Source: Nitrospirales bacterium (GTDB lineage Bacteria > Nitrospirota > Nitrospiria > Nitrospirales > UBA8639). From it: DNA of 64,000 bases. Below the pieces are notes generated by a model. That model did no database searches and was not told the DNA's origin. It saw only the letters and a program-made list of their open reading frames with translations. Position numbers and translations under genes: made by a program. The stretch lies in contig CBDCWC010000003.1 of the NCBI GenBank assembly GCA_965223295.1, positions 320,001-384,000 of the forward strand. Reading direction: 5' to 3'. Of this stretch, positions 42,632-53,249 are shown in pieces (positions within the stretch are counted from its first letter, which is position 1; every line of letters starts with the position of its first letter).

Positions 42632-43387
42632 TTACTGAACGGTACCTTTATTGAAGTTCTTTCGATCATCGCCATAATCGGTGGCAATGGTTTTATCGGT
42701 TCGTTCATTAACAGTATCCGGTTGAGGAGCACATTGCCAGCATGGAGCAGCACCCGTCACAGTACCAATTTGGCTAATAATGCCAGAACCCACAGCACCC
42801 TCCTGCATCCCACCTTCAGGGACGCCCGTATAACCGGCGGTTCTGGTGTTAATTCCACGATATTTGTAAGGATTTGGACGTTGGCCTAGCCCACCACCAA
42901 AATCTTCATTGTCAGCTCCACCCAATGTTTGAGCTCCTTCCAATACATAAACCGTTCGGACCATTTTCTTACCGGTACCGAACTTTTGACGGTCATTAGT
43001 TTCATTCACAGCCTGGATAGAGACATAGTCTCCCTTTTTAACGGCCTTGAGGTTTTGCATGTTTGTCTTGCCATCAAACCACAATTCTTTCATGTTCAAG
43101 GATCCAGTTAAAGATTGACGCTCATCATGGGAACTTCCGCCCATATCGATGTATAACTTTCCTGATGGATAGTCAATCGCTACAATCTCGCCCATAATCG
43201 TCTCAGGTGCAGAGAGGTACCGTAACATGTCATCTTGATCCATAACCCTCGATCTGTCTCCAACACCCTGGGAGTCCCCGACTCCAGTGCCAAACCCGAC
43301 GTTTTGAGGCGCACGTTCTTGCGCACCTGCCACGCTCACAGAACCTGCAAGAATAATTGCTAATCCAAAATACCCTACCTTCCGCAT
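42632..43387 (-). CDS. Secreted hypothetical protein (Gly-rich, possible OB-like barrel, CxxC)
   Basis: Signal peptide MRK..AGA-Q; AAGGAGGAG RBS; CWQC near the C-terminus. Confidence 0.8.
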   Translation of the reverse strand: MRKVGYFGLAIILAGSVSVAGAQERAPQNVGFGTGVGDSQGVGDRSRVMDQDDMLRYLSAPETIMGEIVAIDYPSGKLYIDMGGSSHDERQSLTGSLNMKELWFDGKTNMQNLKAVKKGDYVSIQAVNETNDRQKFGTGKKMVRTVYVLEGAQTLGGADNEDFGGGLGQRPNPYKYRGINTRTAGYTGVPEGGMQEGAVGSGIISQIGTVTGAAPCWQCAPQPDTVNERTDKTIATDYGDDRKNFNKGTVQ

Positions 43388-43473
43388 GTGGCTCCTCCTT
43401 GGAAGTGTGAGTGAATAATCAAAAAAACGATTTTAATATTTAAAAAATTTTCAGAGCTTTGTTCAGGGCGTTC

Positions 43474-43502
43474 ACTATAGTCAAGGCCGATGCCCCTGTC
43501 AA
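43474..43502 (-). promoter_or_regulatory. Near-consensus sigma-70 promoter
   Basis: TTGACA-N17-TATAGT on the minus strand, upstream of the 43387 start. Confidence 0.8.
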
Positions 43503-43586
43503 GTCAGTTTCATCACTCTGACATTCCTTAAACCAACGAATTTTATCTTAAGTGAATAATCTTATTTTTTGCACCTAACCACCACC

Positions 43587-43673
43587 TGGTGCCCGGAGGG
43601 AGGGTCGAACTCCCACTCTCTTGCGAGAACCGGATTTTGAGTCCGGCGCGTCTGCCAGTTCCGCCATCCGGGC
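43587..43673 (-). tRNA. tRNA-Leu(CAA)
   Basis: GCCCGGATGGCGGAACTGGCAGACGCG-CCGGA CTCAAAA TCCGG-long variable arm-GTTCGAC..CCGGGCACCA; 87 nt with encoded CCA. Confidence 0.97.
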
Positions 43674-43814
43674 AAAAAATATTGAAAGTCTACTTATATT
43701 TATCTTACTTGAGAGAACCAGTTTCTAACATGAACCTCAAAACAGGTCAAACAGCTGCCGCTCAGTTGCAACACCCTCTTTACCTTAGAGCGGTACATTC
43801 TATATGCATGCACC

Positions 43815-46052
43815 TTACCCGATGTTTCCCAGCGCTAATTTCTCACCCCATTTTCGAAAAAGTGTTGCTTTGAGATCCTGATGTTCCGGAGCGGCCAAAT
43901 CAGGATCACGTTGTAACAATTCGGCTGCACATTGCCTGGCTTCCATTAACAAAGACACATCCCGCGCCAAATCTGCAACACGGAAGGCGATTTCTCCCCA
44001 TTGCTTCACCCCTAAGACTTGCCCCGGCCCGCGAATTTTCAAATCTTCTTCTGCCAAGGCAAACCCGTCGCCACAATGTGCAAAGACGGCCAGCCTCCGC
44101 TTGGCCGTAGATGGAGAAACTGACTCCAAAACCATGGAAGAAGGCCGAGAGCCTATGCTCTGACGATCACTTCTTGAACGTTGCTCTACCGCCATCCGCA
44201 TTTGTTGGGTATAAGCAGGAATCCTGCCCAGTGAATGAATCAGCAAACAATGGCCTTGATGGCACCCCCGCCCCACCCTGCCTCGCAATTGATGGAGTTG
44301 AGCCAACCCAAAGCGTTCCGCATGTTCAATGAGCATCACCGTCGCATTGTGAACATCCAGTCCAACTTCAACTACCGTTGTAGCCACTAACACGTCAATG
44401 TCTTTTTGATGAAATTGCCCCATGACTGCCTGTTTTTCCCGGGAAGGAAGACGCCCATGCAACAACCCGACTCGAAAGGGAGAAAATTGCTCACGCAGAT
44501 CATCCACAGCTTCCATCGCGGCTTGCAAATCCACTTTTTCCGATGGCTCAACCAAAGGATACACCACAAAAGCTTGCCGCCCAGCTTCTAATTCGGTGCG
44601 CAATATGTGATGAGCTCGGCTGCGGTTTTTCGACTCAAACAACGTGGTCTGTACGGGTTTTTTCCCCGGAGGAAACTCATCGATCACAGAGACGTCCAAA
44701 TCCCCATACCACGTCATGGCTAATGTTCGAGGAATTGGCGTAGCCGTCATCACTAAAACATCGGGGCGCCACGAGGCTTTTTCTCGCAAACTCGCACGCT
44801 GCAGTACACCAAACTTATGTTGTTCATCCACAATCACTAACCCTAACTTGGCAAATTGAACATCCGGCTGTAACAACGCGTGGGTCCCCACGACCACATC
44901 CACAGCCCCGGACTGGATAGCCGCCAATGCTTCCGCCCGTTCCCCACTTGCTTGCCCGCCTTTCACAAGCACACCGGTGAGATTCAGGGCCTCAAAAAAG
45001 GGCTTCAAAGATAAAAAATGCTGTTCACTTAAGACTTCGGTAGGTGCCATCAACACGGCTTGGTAGCCGGATCCACATGCCATGACCATGGCATGCAATG
45101 CCACAATTGTCTTGCCACATCCCACATCCCCTTGCAGCAAACGATTCATGCACGTTCCACGACCCATATCTTGTGTAATCTCATCTATAACCCGACTCTG
45201 TGCCTCAGTTAAGAAAAAAGGCAAGATGTTCTTGAGTCGTTCGGTCAACGCATTTTGTCCTGAAAACGCTATGCCAGGTGCGCTGGTCACTTGACGATGC
45301 CGTTTCAACATGAGAGCCAGCTGCAGCAAGAGCAGTTCCTCAAAGGCCAAGCGCTTGTGCTCCATAGTCGCCTGCTGATTCAACAGAGTAATTAAACGGC
45401 TGGAATCAGGACCATGCAAGATGGGCAGAGCATCACATAAAGTCGGGAACCCCAGTCTTTGCCTCAGATCATCTGGCAGAATTTCTTCAATTTGGTTACG
45501 ATAATGATCAAATATTGATTGCATAATCCGACGAATTTGCTTCGAGCTCAATCCGTGTGTTTCATGATAGATCGGAACGATTTTGCCTCCCGCATTTCCT
45601 CCTATAGAATCTCCCTCATCGACATCCAAAATTTCATACTGGGGTCCTTTCATAAGCAATGGGATACTCTCCGTTGGATTCGAAACAACCGCACCGGTCA
45701 ATAACACAAAGACGCCTTCTCGAAAGGTATTTTCCAAATATGGCTGATTAAAAAACACACATTCCATATGGCCCGTCTCATCATGAACTCTCATCGTCAC
45801 CACAACGAGACGGCGGCGGGAGGTCATACTCACTCGACAATGTTCGACTCGCCCCCGAATAGTCGCCGTCATCCCTGGCAGTAAATTTCCAATAGGAAGA
45901 ACTTCCAGTCGATCATCGTAACGCCAGGGGACAAACCAACAGGCATCCTCCACAGTGAAAATGCCTAGTTTTTCCAATAAGCGAGCCCTTCGTGGACCCA
46001 CTCCTTTTGCAAATTGAATCGGGATATTCCAAAGAGGAGGCAGGGTCACCAT
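43815..46052 (-). CDS. recG: ATP-dependent DNA helicase RecG
   Basis: GDVGCGKT, DEQHKFG, MTATPIPRTL, QLHQLRGRVGRG, DLKIRGPG. Confidence 0.96.
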   Translation of the reverse strand: MVTLPPLWNIPIQFAKGVGPRRARLLEKLGIFTVEDACWFVPWRYDDRLEVLPIGNLLPGMTATIRGRVEHCRVSMTSRRRLVVVTMRVHDETGHMECVFFNQPYLENTFREGVFVLLTGAVVSNPTESIPLLMKGPQYEILDVDEGDSIGGNAGGKIVPIYHETHGLSSKQIRRIMQSIFDHYRNQIEEILPDDLRQRLGFPTLCDALPILHGPDSSRLITLLNQQATMEHKRLAFEELLLLQLALMLKRHRQVTSAPGIAFSGQNALTERLKNILPFFLTEAQSRVIDEITQDMGRGTCMNRLLQGDVGCGKTIVALHAMVMACGSGYQAVLMAPTEVLSEQHFLSLKPFFEALNLTGVLVKGGQASGERAEALAAIQSGAVDVVVGTHALLQPDVQFAKLGLVIVDEQHKFGVLQRASLREKASWRPDVLVMTATPIPRTLAMTWYGDLDVSVIDEFPPGKKPVQTTLFESKNRSRAHHILRTELEAGRQAFVVYPLVEPSEKVDLQAAMEAVDDLREQFSPFRVGLLHGRLPSREKQAVMGQFHQKDIDVLVATTVVEVGLDVHNATVMLIEHAERFGLAQLHQLRGRVGRGCHQGHCLLIHSLGRIPAYTQQMRMAVEQRSRSDRQSIGSRPSSMVLESVSPSTAKRRLAVFAHCGDGFALAEEDLKIRGPGQVLGVKQWGEIAFRVADLARDVSLLMEARQCAAELLQRDPDLAAPEHQDLKATLFRKWGEKLALGNIG

Positions 46053-46291
46053 GACCAAAAAGGAAGGCGCTTACTCGATAAAATAGAAGTATTGACGTAT
46101 TTCATTTGTCTCAGTATCTCTTCCAGGATCTCTTCCCGACTATCTTCTCGATATGAATTCATCAAAAAATATAGAGGATTATCATCAAAGTTCTTTAATA
46201 TAGGGCACCTTGAGTGTACAATACCACTTGTGGTACGACAGTAAGGAATCTGACCGTCTATCCTTCCAGAAAATTTGTTAGGGAGTCTGTT

Positions 46292-46483
46292 ATGGCCTTT
46301 TCATGTGAAGTCTGTGGAAAAAATCGTCTTGTTGGAAACAATGTCAGTCATGCCAATAACCGCACGAAACGGATCTTTCGGCCAAATTTACGAACCGTTC
46401 GGGCGTTAGTTAAAGGTGTCGCCAAACGCATCAAAGTCTGCACTCGCTGTTTACGTTCAGGATTGGTGCAAAAAGCTGTCTAA
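46292..46483 (+). CDS. rpmB: 50S ribosomal protein L28
   Basis: [29 protein letters not shown] after GGGAG. Confidence 0.97.
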   Translation: MAFSCEVCGKNRLVGNNVSHANNRTKRIFRPNLRTVRALVKGVAKRIKVCTRCLRSGLVQKAV

Positions 46484-46839
46484 TCAGGTGTAAACCCAGG
46501 GGTTAGTTAGTCAGTCGTTCAGCTTGATGAATGCTCCCACTTCTCCAACCTCTTCCCCTTCTTTTCCGCGACGCTATTTTTTACTGTATCATCATACTTT
46601 GAGCAGAACCCTTCTCCATTACCCACTGAACCGAACAAGCTGAATTTTCCATCATTCTTCTGGCCTTGTTTAATCCTTTTTCGACCCATTAAATACGCAT
46701 TGAAAAGGCTTTGTCTTTAGTGGAACCATGTGCTAGAGTATTTTTTTCAGTGGTACTCTCTGAGTATTTGCAACAAGTAAAAGTTTTCGCAGGATGCGGA
46801 AGAATTGATTATTCATGAGATGCAAAAGGAGTTGCGGCT

Positions 46840-47562
46840 ATGAACATCTCAAGCATTCCAAAGAATTCCCTAGCGATTGCTCTGGCAGCCGCTTTCTTGA
46901 CGGCTCCAACCTTCTCCTTCGCCATAACAGTTACTGATGTTGATGGAAGTTGGCAAAATCCGAATGGCGGAACTGCCATAACATTCAACCCTACTGGCGA
47001 TCAAATTCGATGGGGCACACCAGCTACAGCTGCTGGAAAAAGCGGCTTTAATTTTAACGCGGCATCGGGCGACCTAGTTGTCGATCCTAATGAACAATTT
47101 GTTCTCGGCACGTTTGACCATGTTAATAATCCTGTTTTTGGTAGCGGCCCAAGCCAGGTGGACCTTGAGGTGAACTTCAATATTGTTGGAGCTGATTCTT
47201 CCCCTAATACAGCATTGTTCCAGTTCGAATTCACCGAGACCCTCAATGGTGCCAATCCTTGCGCAATCCCAGGCACAGTAAGTCCTTGCCCGGACTTGGT
47301 TGGATTTTCGAACAATGGAGTATCCGAGAGCGTGGTCAACATTGGTGGCACGAATTTTGACCTTCAAATTCTTGGTTTTCAAGTAGATGGAAATCTGGTA
47401 GAAGAGTTTGTTACCGCTGAAAATGCAACCAACACTGCGCCTTTGCTAGCGCGATTTGTCCAATCTCAATCAACAATTCCTGAACCCGGTACCGTCATAT
47501 TATTTGGAACGGGTTTAGCTGGATTGGCAATCTGGCGTATACGACAAACAAAGAAAACATAA
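46840..47562 (+). CDS. PEP-CTERM sorting-domain surface protein (THxN/choice-of-anchor-like)
   Basis: Signal peptide; FVLGTFDHVNNP; C-terminal IPEPGT + TM helix + RIRQTKKT. Confidence 0.9.
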   Translation: MNISSIPKNSLAIALAAAFLTAPTFSFAITVTDVDGSWQNPNGGTAITFNPTGDQIRWGTPATAAGKSGFNFNAASGDLVVDPNEQFVLGTFDHVNNPVFGSGPSQVDLEVNFNIVGADSSPNTALFQFEFTETLNGANPCAIPGTVSPCPDLVGFSNNGVSESVVNIGGTNFDLQILGFQVDGNLVEEFVTAENATNTAPLLARFVQSQSTIPEPGTVILFGTGLAGLAIWRIRQTKKT

Positions 47563-47585
47563 GCCACTTTCAGATTTTTGGCACC

Positions 47586-47627
47586 CAAAACCCTGGTGCC
47601 CCTTCATGGGGTCCAGGGTTTTGTTTT
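47586..47627 (+). terminator. Intrinsic terminator
   Basis: CAAAACCCTGG..CCCC / GGGG..CCAGGGTTTTG followed by TTTT. Confidence 0.85.
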
Positions 47628-47670
47628 ATCGGCTTGCCTCTAAACATCGGTTCATTTATATCCTCTAGTT

Positions 47671-49242
47671 GTGCGATCAAACTATCTTATACGTCTTTTT
47701 GCGGTCTGCCTCACCGGATTATTGCATCCACTCTGTTTCCCACATTTTGATCTAGAATGGCTGGCCTGGATCGTTCTGGTTCCACTCCATTTGGGACTAA
47801 CCGGATTACCCTCAGGAAAATCCTTTCAGTATGGCTGGCTGGCTGGCACAATTGCGTTTACCGGAACTATCTCATGGGTCATCACCGCCATGAACCAATT
47901 TGGACAGGTACCTTGGGTGATCAGCGCTCTATTGATGCTGCTGTTGGCAACCTATCTTGGAATTTTTATTGGCGTCTATGCCTGGGGTTACCAGCAATTG
48001 CACAAAGACTATTCAAGGTGGATCTGGCTAAGCGCACCTTCCTTGTGGGTTTCCCTGGAATATGCACGAACATATGTCCTAAGCGGGTTCCCATGGACTC
48101 TCCTGGGCTATTCACAATATCAATGGCTTCCGGTCATTCAATTCTCAGACCTGACCGGAGTCTATGGCGTCTCATTTTTACTCGTCATGGGTAATGTCGC
48201 AGTCACATCAATGGCCAAGTGGATGTGGAGCCAAAAATCAGGGCATTCAGCTTCCTTTCCCTGGCAAGCAACCCTGGGATTTCTCGTAATCCTGAGTGCC
48301 GCGTTTGGCTATGGACATTGGCAGATAAATCAGCAAGCCATCATAGATCAATCAGTCAAATCGTTAGCCATGGGACTCATCCAGCCCAATATTTTACAAG
48401 ATAAAAAATGGGATACCGCCTACATCGACGAAACCTTGACACGTTATACCTCCTTGAGCCTACAGGCAGGACAACAGCTTGATCTCCTCATTTGGCCGGA
48501 AGCCGCAACCCCATTTTTCTTTGAAAAAGAAAAAGGCTATCAACAGACGATTCTGTCTCTTCTTCAACAAACACAAAGCCCGTTGTTATTCGGTAGTCCC
48601 ACCCTTCGGTTTGAATCAGACGGTACCCCTTACCTGCTCAATAGTGCATACGTGTTATCTCCAGACAAAATGATGATCGGACGATACGACAAGCGTCATC
48701 TTGTTCCATTTGGCGAATATATTCCATTCAAGTCGTTGTTATTTTTCTTGGAGAAGCTCGTCGTGGGCATTGGCGATTTCAAGCCTGGCCAAGGTTCGAT
48801 GACCCTTTCCTTTTCTGATTCATCCGAAAATACCCAACCGTTATTCGCTGTTCCCATTTGCTACGAAATCATTTTTCCCGATCTCGTACGGCAGATGGCT
48901 CAGGAAGGCGCCAACTTCCTCGTCACCATCACTAACGATGCGTGGTTCGGCGACTCCGCCGCACCCTACCAACATTTTTCGATGGCCGTTTTTCGTGCCG
49001 TGGAAAATCATCTTGCCGTGGCACGCGCAGCCAACACCGGCATTTCCGGATTCATTGGCACAGATGGCCGCATTCTGGCAAAGACCCCGATCTTCACGCA
49101 GCAGGCCATCACAGGCTCCATTCCACTTCGTTCGTCAGGACCCACATTTTATACGCAGTATGGTGATGTCTTTAGTTGGGGTTGTGTTATACTGGTGGGA
49201 TTCTTGTTACTCAGGTGCTATAGGTCAAACATCACTTCCTAG
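47671..49242 (+). CDS. lnt: Apolipoprotein N-acyltransferase
   Basis: GFPW, IWPEAA, YDKRHLVPFGEY, ICYE, TNDAWF, AANTGIS. Confidence 0.96.
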   Translation: MRSNYLIRLFAVCLTGLLHPLCFPHFDLEWLAWIVLVPLHLGLTGLPSGKSFQYGWLAGTIAFTGTISWVITAMNQFGQVPWVISALLMLLLATYLGIFIGVYAWGYQQLHKDYSRWIWLSAPSLWVSLEYARTYVLSGFPWTLLGYSQYQWLPVIQFSDLTGVYGVSFLLVMGNVAVTSMAKWMWSQKSGHSASFPWQATLGFLVILSAAFGYGHWQINQQAIIDQSVKSLAMGLIQPNILQDKKWDTAYIDETLTRYTSLSLQAGQQLDLLIWPEAATPFFFEKEKGYQQTILSLLQQTQSPLLFGSPTLRFESDGTPYLLNSAYVLSPDKMMIGRYDKRHLVPFGEYIPFKSLLFFLEKLVVGIGDFKPGQGSMTLSFSDSSENTQPLFAVPICYEIIFPDLVRQMAQEGANFLVTITNDAWFGDSAAPYQHFSMAVFRAVENHLAVARAANTGISGFIGTDGRILAKTPIFTQQAITGSIPLRSSGPTFYTQYGDVFSWGCVILVGFLLLRCYRSNITS

Positions 49243-49289
49243 ACCCACAAAGCGACAAGTCGCTAAACATAACGAGAGGAACACCACAG

Positions 49290-50403
49290 ATGCTCGAAGA
49301 CATTCGAAACCGTATGGATAAGATTAATGCGCACATCCTCGACTTTCGGAGGTATCTTTGACCTCCCTCGCCTGACAACCGAACTCGACGAAATTCAGCA
49401 AGAGACCTCCCAACCGGAGTTTTGGAATGACCCTCAACATGCCGCCAAGATCGGCCGCCGTCAAGCTGAACTAGAAAGTCAGATCCATCGACTTGAGAAA
49501 CTTGAACAACAACGCGACGATCTTCTGGCTATTCAAGAGTTGATTGGGCAACAAGGCGACCCAGAACTTGAAGCTGAGTGGACACTGGGAATTGAAGCAA
49601 TTGAAGGCTCACTCGAAACCTGGCGTCTTGAAAAGCTCTTATCGGAAAAGCATGATCGCAACAATGCTATTCTTTCCATTAACCCTGGGGCTGGTGGAAC
49701 TGAATCTCAAGATTGGGCACAGATGCTCATGCGCATGTATATGCGGTGGGCACAAGAACGAGAGTTCAAAGTGGACACCATCGATTTACAGCCTGGCGAT
49801 GAGGCCGGGATCAAAAGTGCGACGCTTGGTATCGCTGGACCACTCGCGTATGGGTATTTACGTGCAGAGGCAGGGGTTCATCGCCTCGTCCGCATTTCGC
49901 CTTTTGATGCGAATAAACGCCGACATACCTCCTTTGCTGCCGTCGGAGTATACCCGGAATTAGATGATGACATCGAGATTGCCATCGATGATAAAGATTT
50001 ACGAATTGACACGTTCCGCGCCGGCGGCGCCGGTGGTCAAAACGTCAATAAAGTTGAAACAGCCATTCGCATGACTCATATTCCTACAGGTATCGTCGTT
50101 CAATGCCAAAATCAACGGTCCCAGTTACAAAACCGAATTGGCGCCATGCGGGTGATGAAAGCAAAGCTCTATGAAGTCGAGCAACAAAAAAAGGATGAGG
50201 AATTCCAAAATATTGTGGGCGAAAAGAAAGATATCGCCTGGGGTAGTCAGATTCGATCTTATGTCTTTCAGCCTTATCAAATGGTAAAGGATCATCGCAC
50301 GAATCATGAATCAGGCAATTTGGCAGCTGTCATGGATGGCGGCCTTGATCCGTTTATTGAAGCCTATCTCACCATGAAAGCTTCGAATACTCCCCAACAA
50401 TGA
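49290..50403 (+). CDS. prfB: Peptide chain release factor 2, with programmed +1 frameshift
   Basis: ATG 49290, 23 codons to CTT-TGA-C (49356-49362) with GGAGGT just upstream; +1 frame has SPF and GGQ. Confidence 0.96.
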
Positions 50404-50481
50404 CCTTCATAAGCACAACTTTTATTCGGACAACCCCACTCTCCCATATCCAGACGAGAACGACGAGAACTTTGGTGCGCC

Positions 50482-51969
50482 ATGGATGAAATCAACGAAC
50501 AACAGCAACAACGGCTGGACAAATTGCGCCTTCTTCAAGAAAAGGGGGTCCGGCCTTTCGGGACAAGTTTTTCTACGACCCATACCGTGGAAATGATTGT
50601 GCAGACCTATTCATCCTTACCCAAAGAAGAATTGGAGGCCACGCCAGTTTCATGTACCATTGCTGGACGCATTACAGCCATGCGCCGTTTCGGCAAAGCG
50701 GCATTTATGGGAATTCAGGAGGAAGGACATCGTCTACAAATCTATCTCAAAAAAGATGTCCTAGGAGATCAGGCTTATGAACTCTGCCAACATTTGGACT
50801 TAGGCGATTGGATTGGGACTGAAGGCCAACTCTTCCGAACAAAAACTGACGAACTCACCGTTGAAGTACGTACTCTCACTTTTCTTACAAAAGGCTTACG
50901 CCCACTTCCAGAGAAATGGCATGGACTGACTGATATTGAAACCCGTTACCGCCAACGCTATGTCGATCTGATTGCCAATCCTACTGTGCATCAGGTCTTT
51001 CGAACACGCAGTCGTATCATTTCGACCATACGGGCATTTCTGACAGATCGAGGATTTCTGGAAGTGGAAACACCGATGATGCATCCTATTCCAGGAGGCG
51101 CAACAGCTCGTCCCTTTGTCACACACCATAATACCCTTGATGTTGACCTCTATCTGCGCGTCGCTCCAGAACTGTACCTCAAACGTCTCATTGTGGGTGG
51201 ATTTCGTCGGGTGTTCGAAATCAATCGAAATTTCCGCAATGAAGGCATATCCACTATTCACAATCCTGAATTTACGATGTTGGAATTTTATCAGGCCTAT
51301 GCAGATTTTCATGACCTAATGGACCTCACAGAACAACTCTTTCATCAATTAGCCATGAATGTCCGTGGAAACTTAACTCTTGATTACCAAGGACAAGCGA
51401 TAAATCTGGAGCCTCCGTGGTCGCGCCTCTCCTATTTCGATTCCATTGTAAAAGTTAATAACTTGGATACGGCTGTCCTCTCGAATCATGACGCAGCACG
51501 GGACGCTGCCAAAACTTTGGGCGTCACGGTCCAACCCAAATCCAGTCACGTTGATCTTCTCATCTACCTCTTTGAAGAAACCGTAGAACCAACTCTCATT
51601 CAACCAACATTTATTACAGATTTCCCAATCGAAATTTCTCCATTGGCACGCCAGAACGAATCAAATCCTTCGCTGACTGACCGCTTTGAACTCTTCATTG
51701 GTGGACGAGAACTGGCCAACGGCTTCTCAGAGTTAAATGACCCGATCGATCAACGGAAACGATTTGAAGCACAGGTGGCCCTTCGTGATGCGGGTGATGA
51801 AGAAGCACAGTTTTTTGATGAAGACTTCGTCCGCGCGCTGGAATATGGTATGCCGCCCACAGCGGGCGAAGGTATTGGAATTGACCGGCTCGTTATGCTG
51901 CTAACCAACCAAGCCTCTATCCGGGATGTCATTCTCTTTCCTCAATTGCGGCCGGACCATACCTCGTGA
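50482..51969 (+). CDS. lysS: Lysine--tRNA ligase (class II)
   Basis: RYRQRY, FRNEG, HNPEFT, YGMPP, GIGIDR. Confidence 0.98.
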   Translation: MDEINEQQQQRLDKLRLLQEKGVRPFGTSFSTTHTVEMIVQTYSSLPKEELEATPVSCTIAGRITAMRRFGKAAFMGIQEEGHRLQIYLKKDVLGDQAYELCQHLDLGDWIGTEGQLFRTKTDELTVEVRTLTFLTKGLRPLPEKWHGLTDIETRYRQRYVDLIANPTVHQVFRTRSRIISTIRAFLTDRGFLEVETPMMHPIPGGATARPFVTHHNTLDVDLYLRVAPELYLKRLIVGGFRRVFEINRNFRNEGISTIHNPEFTMLEFYQAYADFHDLMDLTEQLFHQLAMNVRGNLTLDYQGQAINLEPPWSRLSYFDSIVKVNNLDTAVLSNHDAARDAAKTLGVTVQPKSSHVDLLIYLFEETVEPTLIQPTFITDFPIEISPLARQNESNPSLTDRFELFIGGRELANGFSELNDPIDQRKRFEAQVALRDAGDEEAQFFDEDFVRALEYGMPPTAGEGIGIDRLVMLLTNQASIRDVILFPQLRPDHTS

Positions 51970-53249
51970 CCTTGCCCTATGAAATGATGATCGGCCTGCG
52001 ATACCTGAGGGCCAAGCGGCGGCAGCGCACAATTTCACTTAACACATTTATCTCTATCGCCGGAATTACCTTAGGCGTGGCCGCACTCATTGGCACCTTG
52101 GGCATTATGACCGGATTCAAAGAAGATCTCCAATCAAAAATTCTTGGCACAACCGCTCATATCATCGTACAAGAGCGCGGCATCAATGCGATGAAAGACT
52201 ATCTAACCCTCATACAACAAATCGAAGAGACCCCAGACGTGGTCGCTGCCGCCCCCTTCATTTTCAAACAAGTCCTGATCTCTTCCAAAAACAGCGTACA
52301 AGGCGTTATCCTACGCGGCATTCAACCTGATCGAGAAATTCACGTCACCGATCTGCAAGCCAATATGAAGTTTGGCGATTTAGCGGGCTTGGAAGATCCA
52401 TCACTCGTTCCACCTGAACGTGGTCGTTCTTTGTCAGGGCAAGACCCAACACCTCCCAAAAATCGTCCAGGCATCATTCTGGGCAAAGAATTGTCGCTCC
52501 GGCTGGGTGTGTTTATCGGAGACCCCATTAATGTCGTTTCTCCAGTCGGGCCCATCAAATCATTTACCATGACACCTAAGATTCGACCCTTTACGGTGGT
52601 GGGCATCTTCGAATCAGGCATGTTTGAGTATGACTCATCTCTTTCCTACATCAGTTTAGAAGAAGCACAGAAATTTTTCGGTCTTGGAAAGTCGGTGACC
52701 GGCATTCAAGTGAAGGTCAATGATGTCTTCAAGGCAGAGAAAATTGGGCATCGTTTGGAAGCCACACTCGGCATGGATTTTATGGCACGCGATTGGATGC
52801 AACTGAATCGTAATTTATTTTCAGCCCTAAAACTCGAAAAGACTATGATGTTCCTCCTCTTGGTGCTCATTACCCTCGTGGCATCATTTAATATCGTGGG
52901 CACATTGACGATGATCGTCAACGAGAAACAACGGGAGATTGCCATCCTCAAGGCCATGGGCGCGACACCTCAATCCATTATGCGAATTTTCATGGTCAAT
53001 GGATTGGTCATAGGATTGGTCGGAACCGGAATCGGTGTTCCGCTTGGCTATTCCTTTTTATGGCTGATACAAAACTATTGGACCTTCGATGCCTCGGTCT
53101 ATTACATTTCTCGCATTCCAGTTCATATCCTTCCCTTGGATGTGATTTTGGTCGCTGCCTCGGCTATTCTCATCAGTTTTGCCGCCACATTTTACCCCTC
53201 ATGGCAAGCCGCCAAACTCGATCCCGTCAGCGCACTGCGTTATGAATAA
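51966..53249 (+). CDS. lolC: Lipoprotein-releasing ABC permease LolC/E
   Basis: N-terminal TM, periplasmic domain, ALKLEK, EIAILKAMGA, ALRYE end. Confidence 0.9.
   Translation: MTLPYEMMIGLRYLRAKRRQRTISLNTFISIAGITLGVAALIGTLGIMTGFKEDLQSKILGTTAHIIVQERGINAMKDYLTLIQQIEETPDVVAAAPFIFKQVLISSKNSVQGVILRGIQPDREIHVTDLQANMKFGDLAGLEDPSLVPPERGRSLSGQDPTPPKNRPGIILGKELSLRLGVFIGDPINVVSPVGPIKSFTMTPKIRPFTVVGIFESGMFEYDSSLSYISLEEAQKFFGLGKSVTGIQVKVNDVFKAEKIGHRLEATLGMDFMARDWMQLNRNLFSALKLEKTMMFLLLVLITLVASFNIVGTLTMIVNEKQREIAILKAMGATPQSIMRIFMVNGLVIGLVGTGIGVPLGYSFLWLIQNYWTFDASVYYISRIPVHILPLDVILVAASAILISFAATFYPSWQAAKLDPVSALRYE

Noticed and set aside
42725-42745. Heme c binding site in the secreted protein
   Set aside because: The motif is CWQCA, not CxxCH.
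43587-43673. tRNA-Leu as an integration site; ORF 43589-43873
   Set aside because: No integrase or duplicated tRNA 3' end found; the ORF is just the tRNA antisense.
46721-46734. Sigma-54 promoter before the PEP-CTERM gene
   Set aside because: GG-to-GC spacing is 8 nt, not the required 10.
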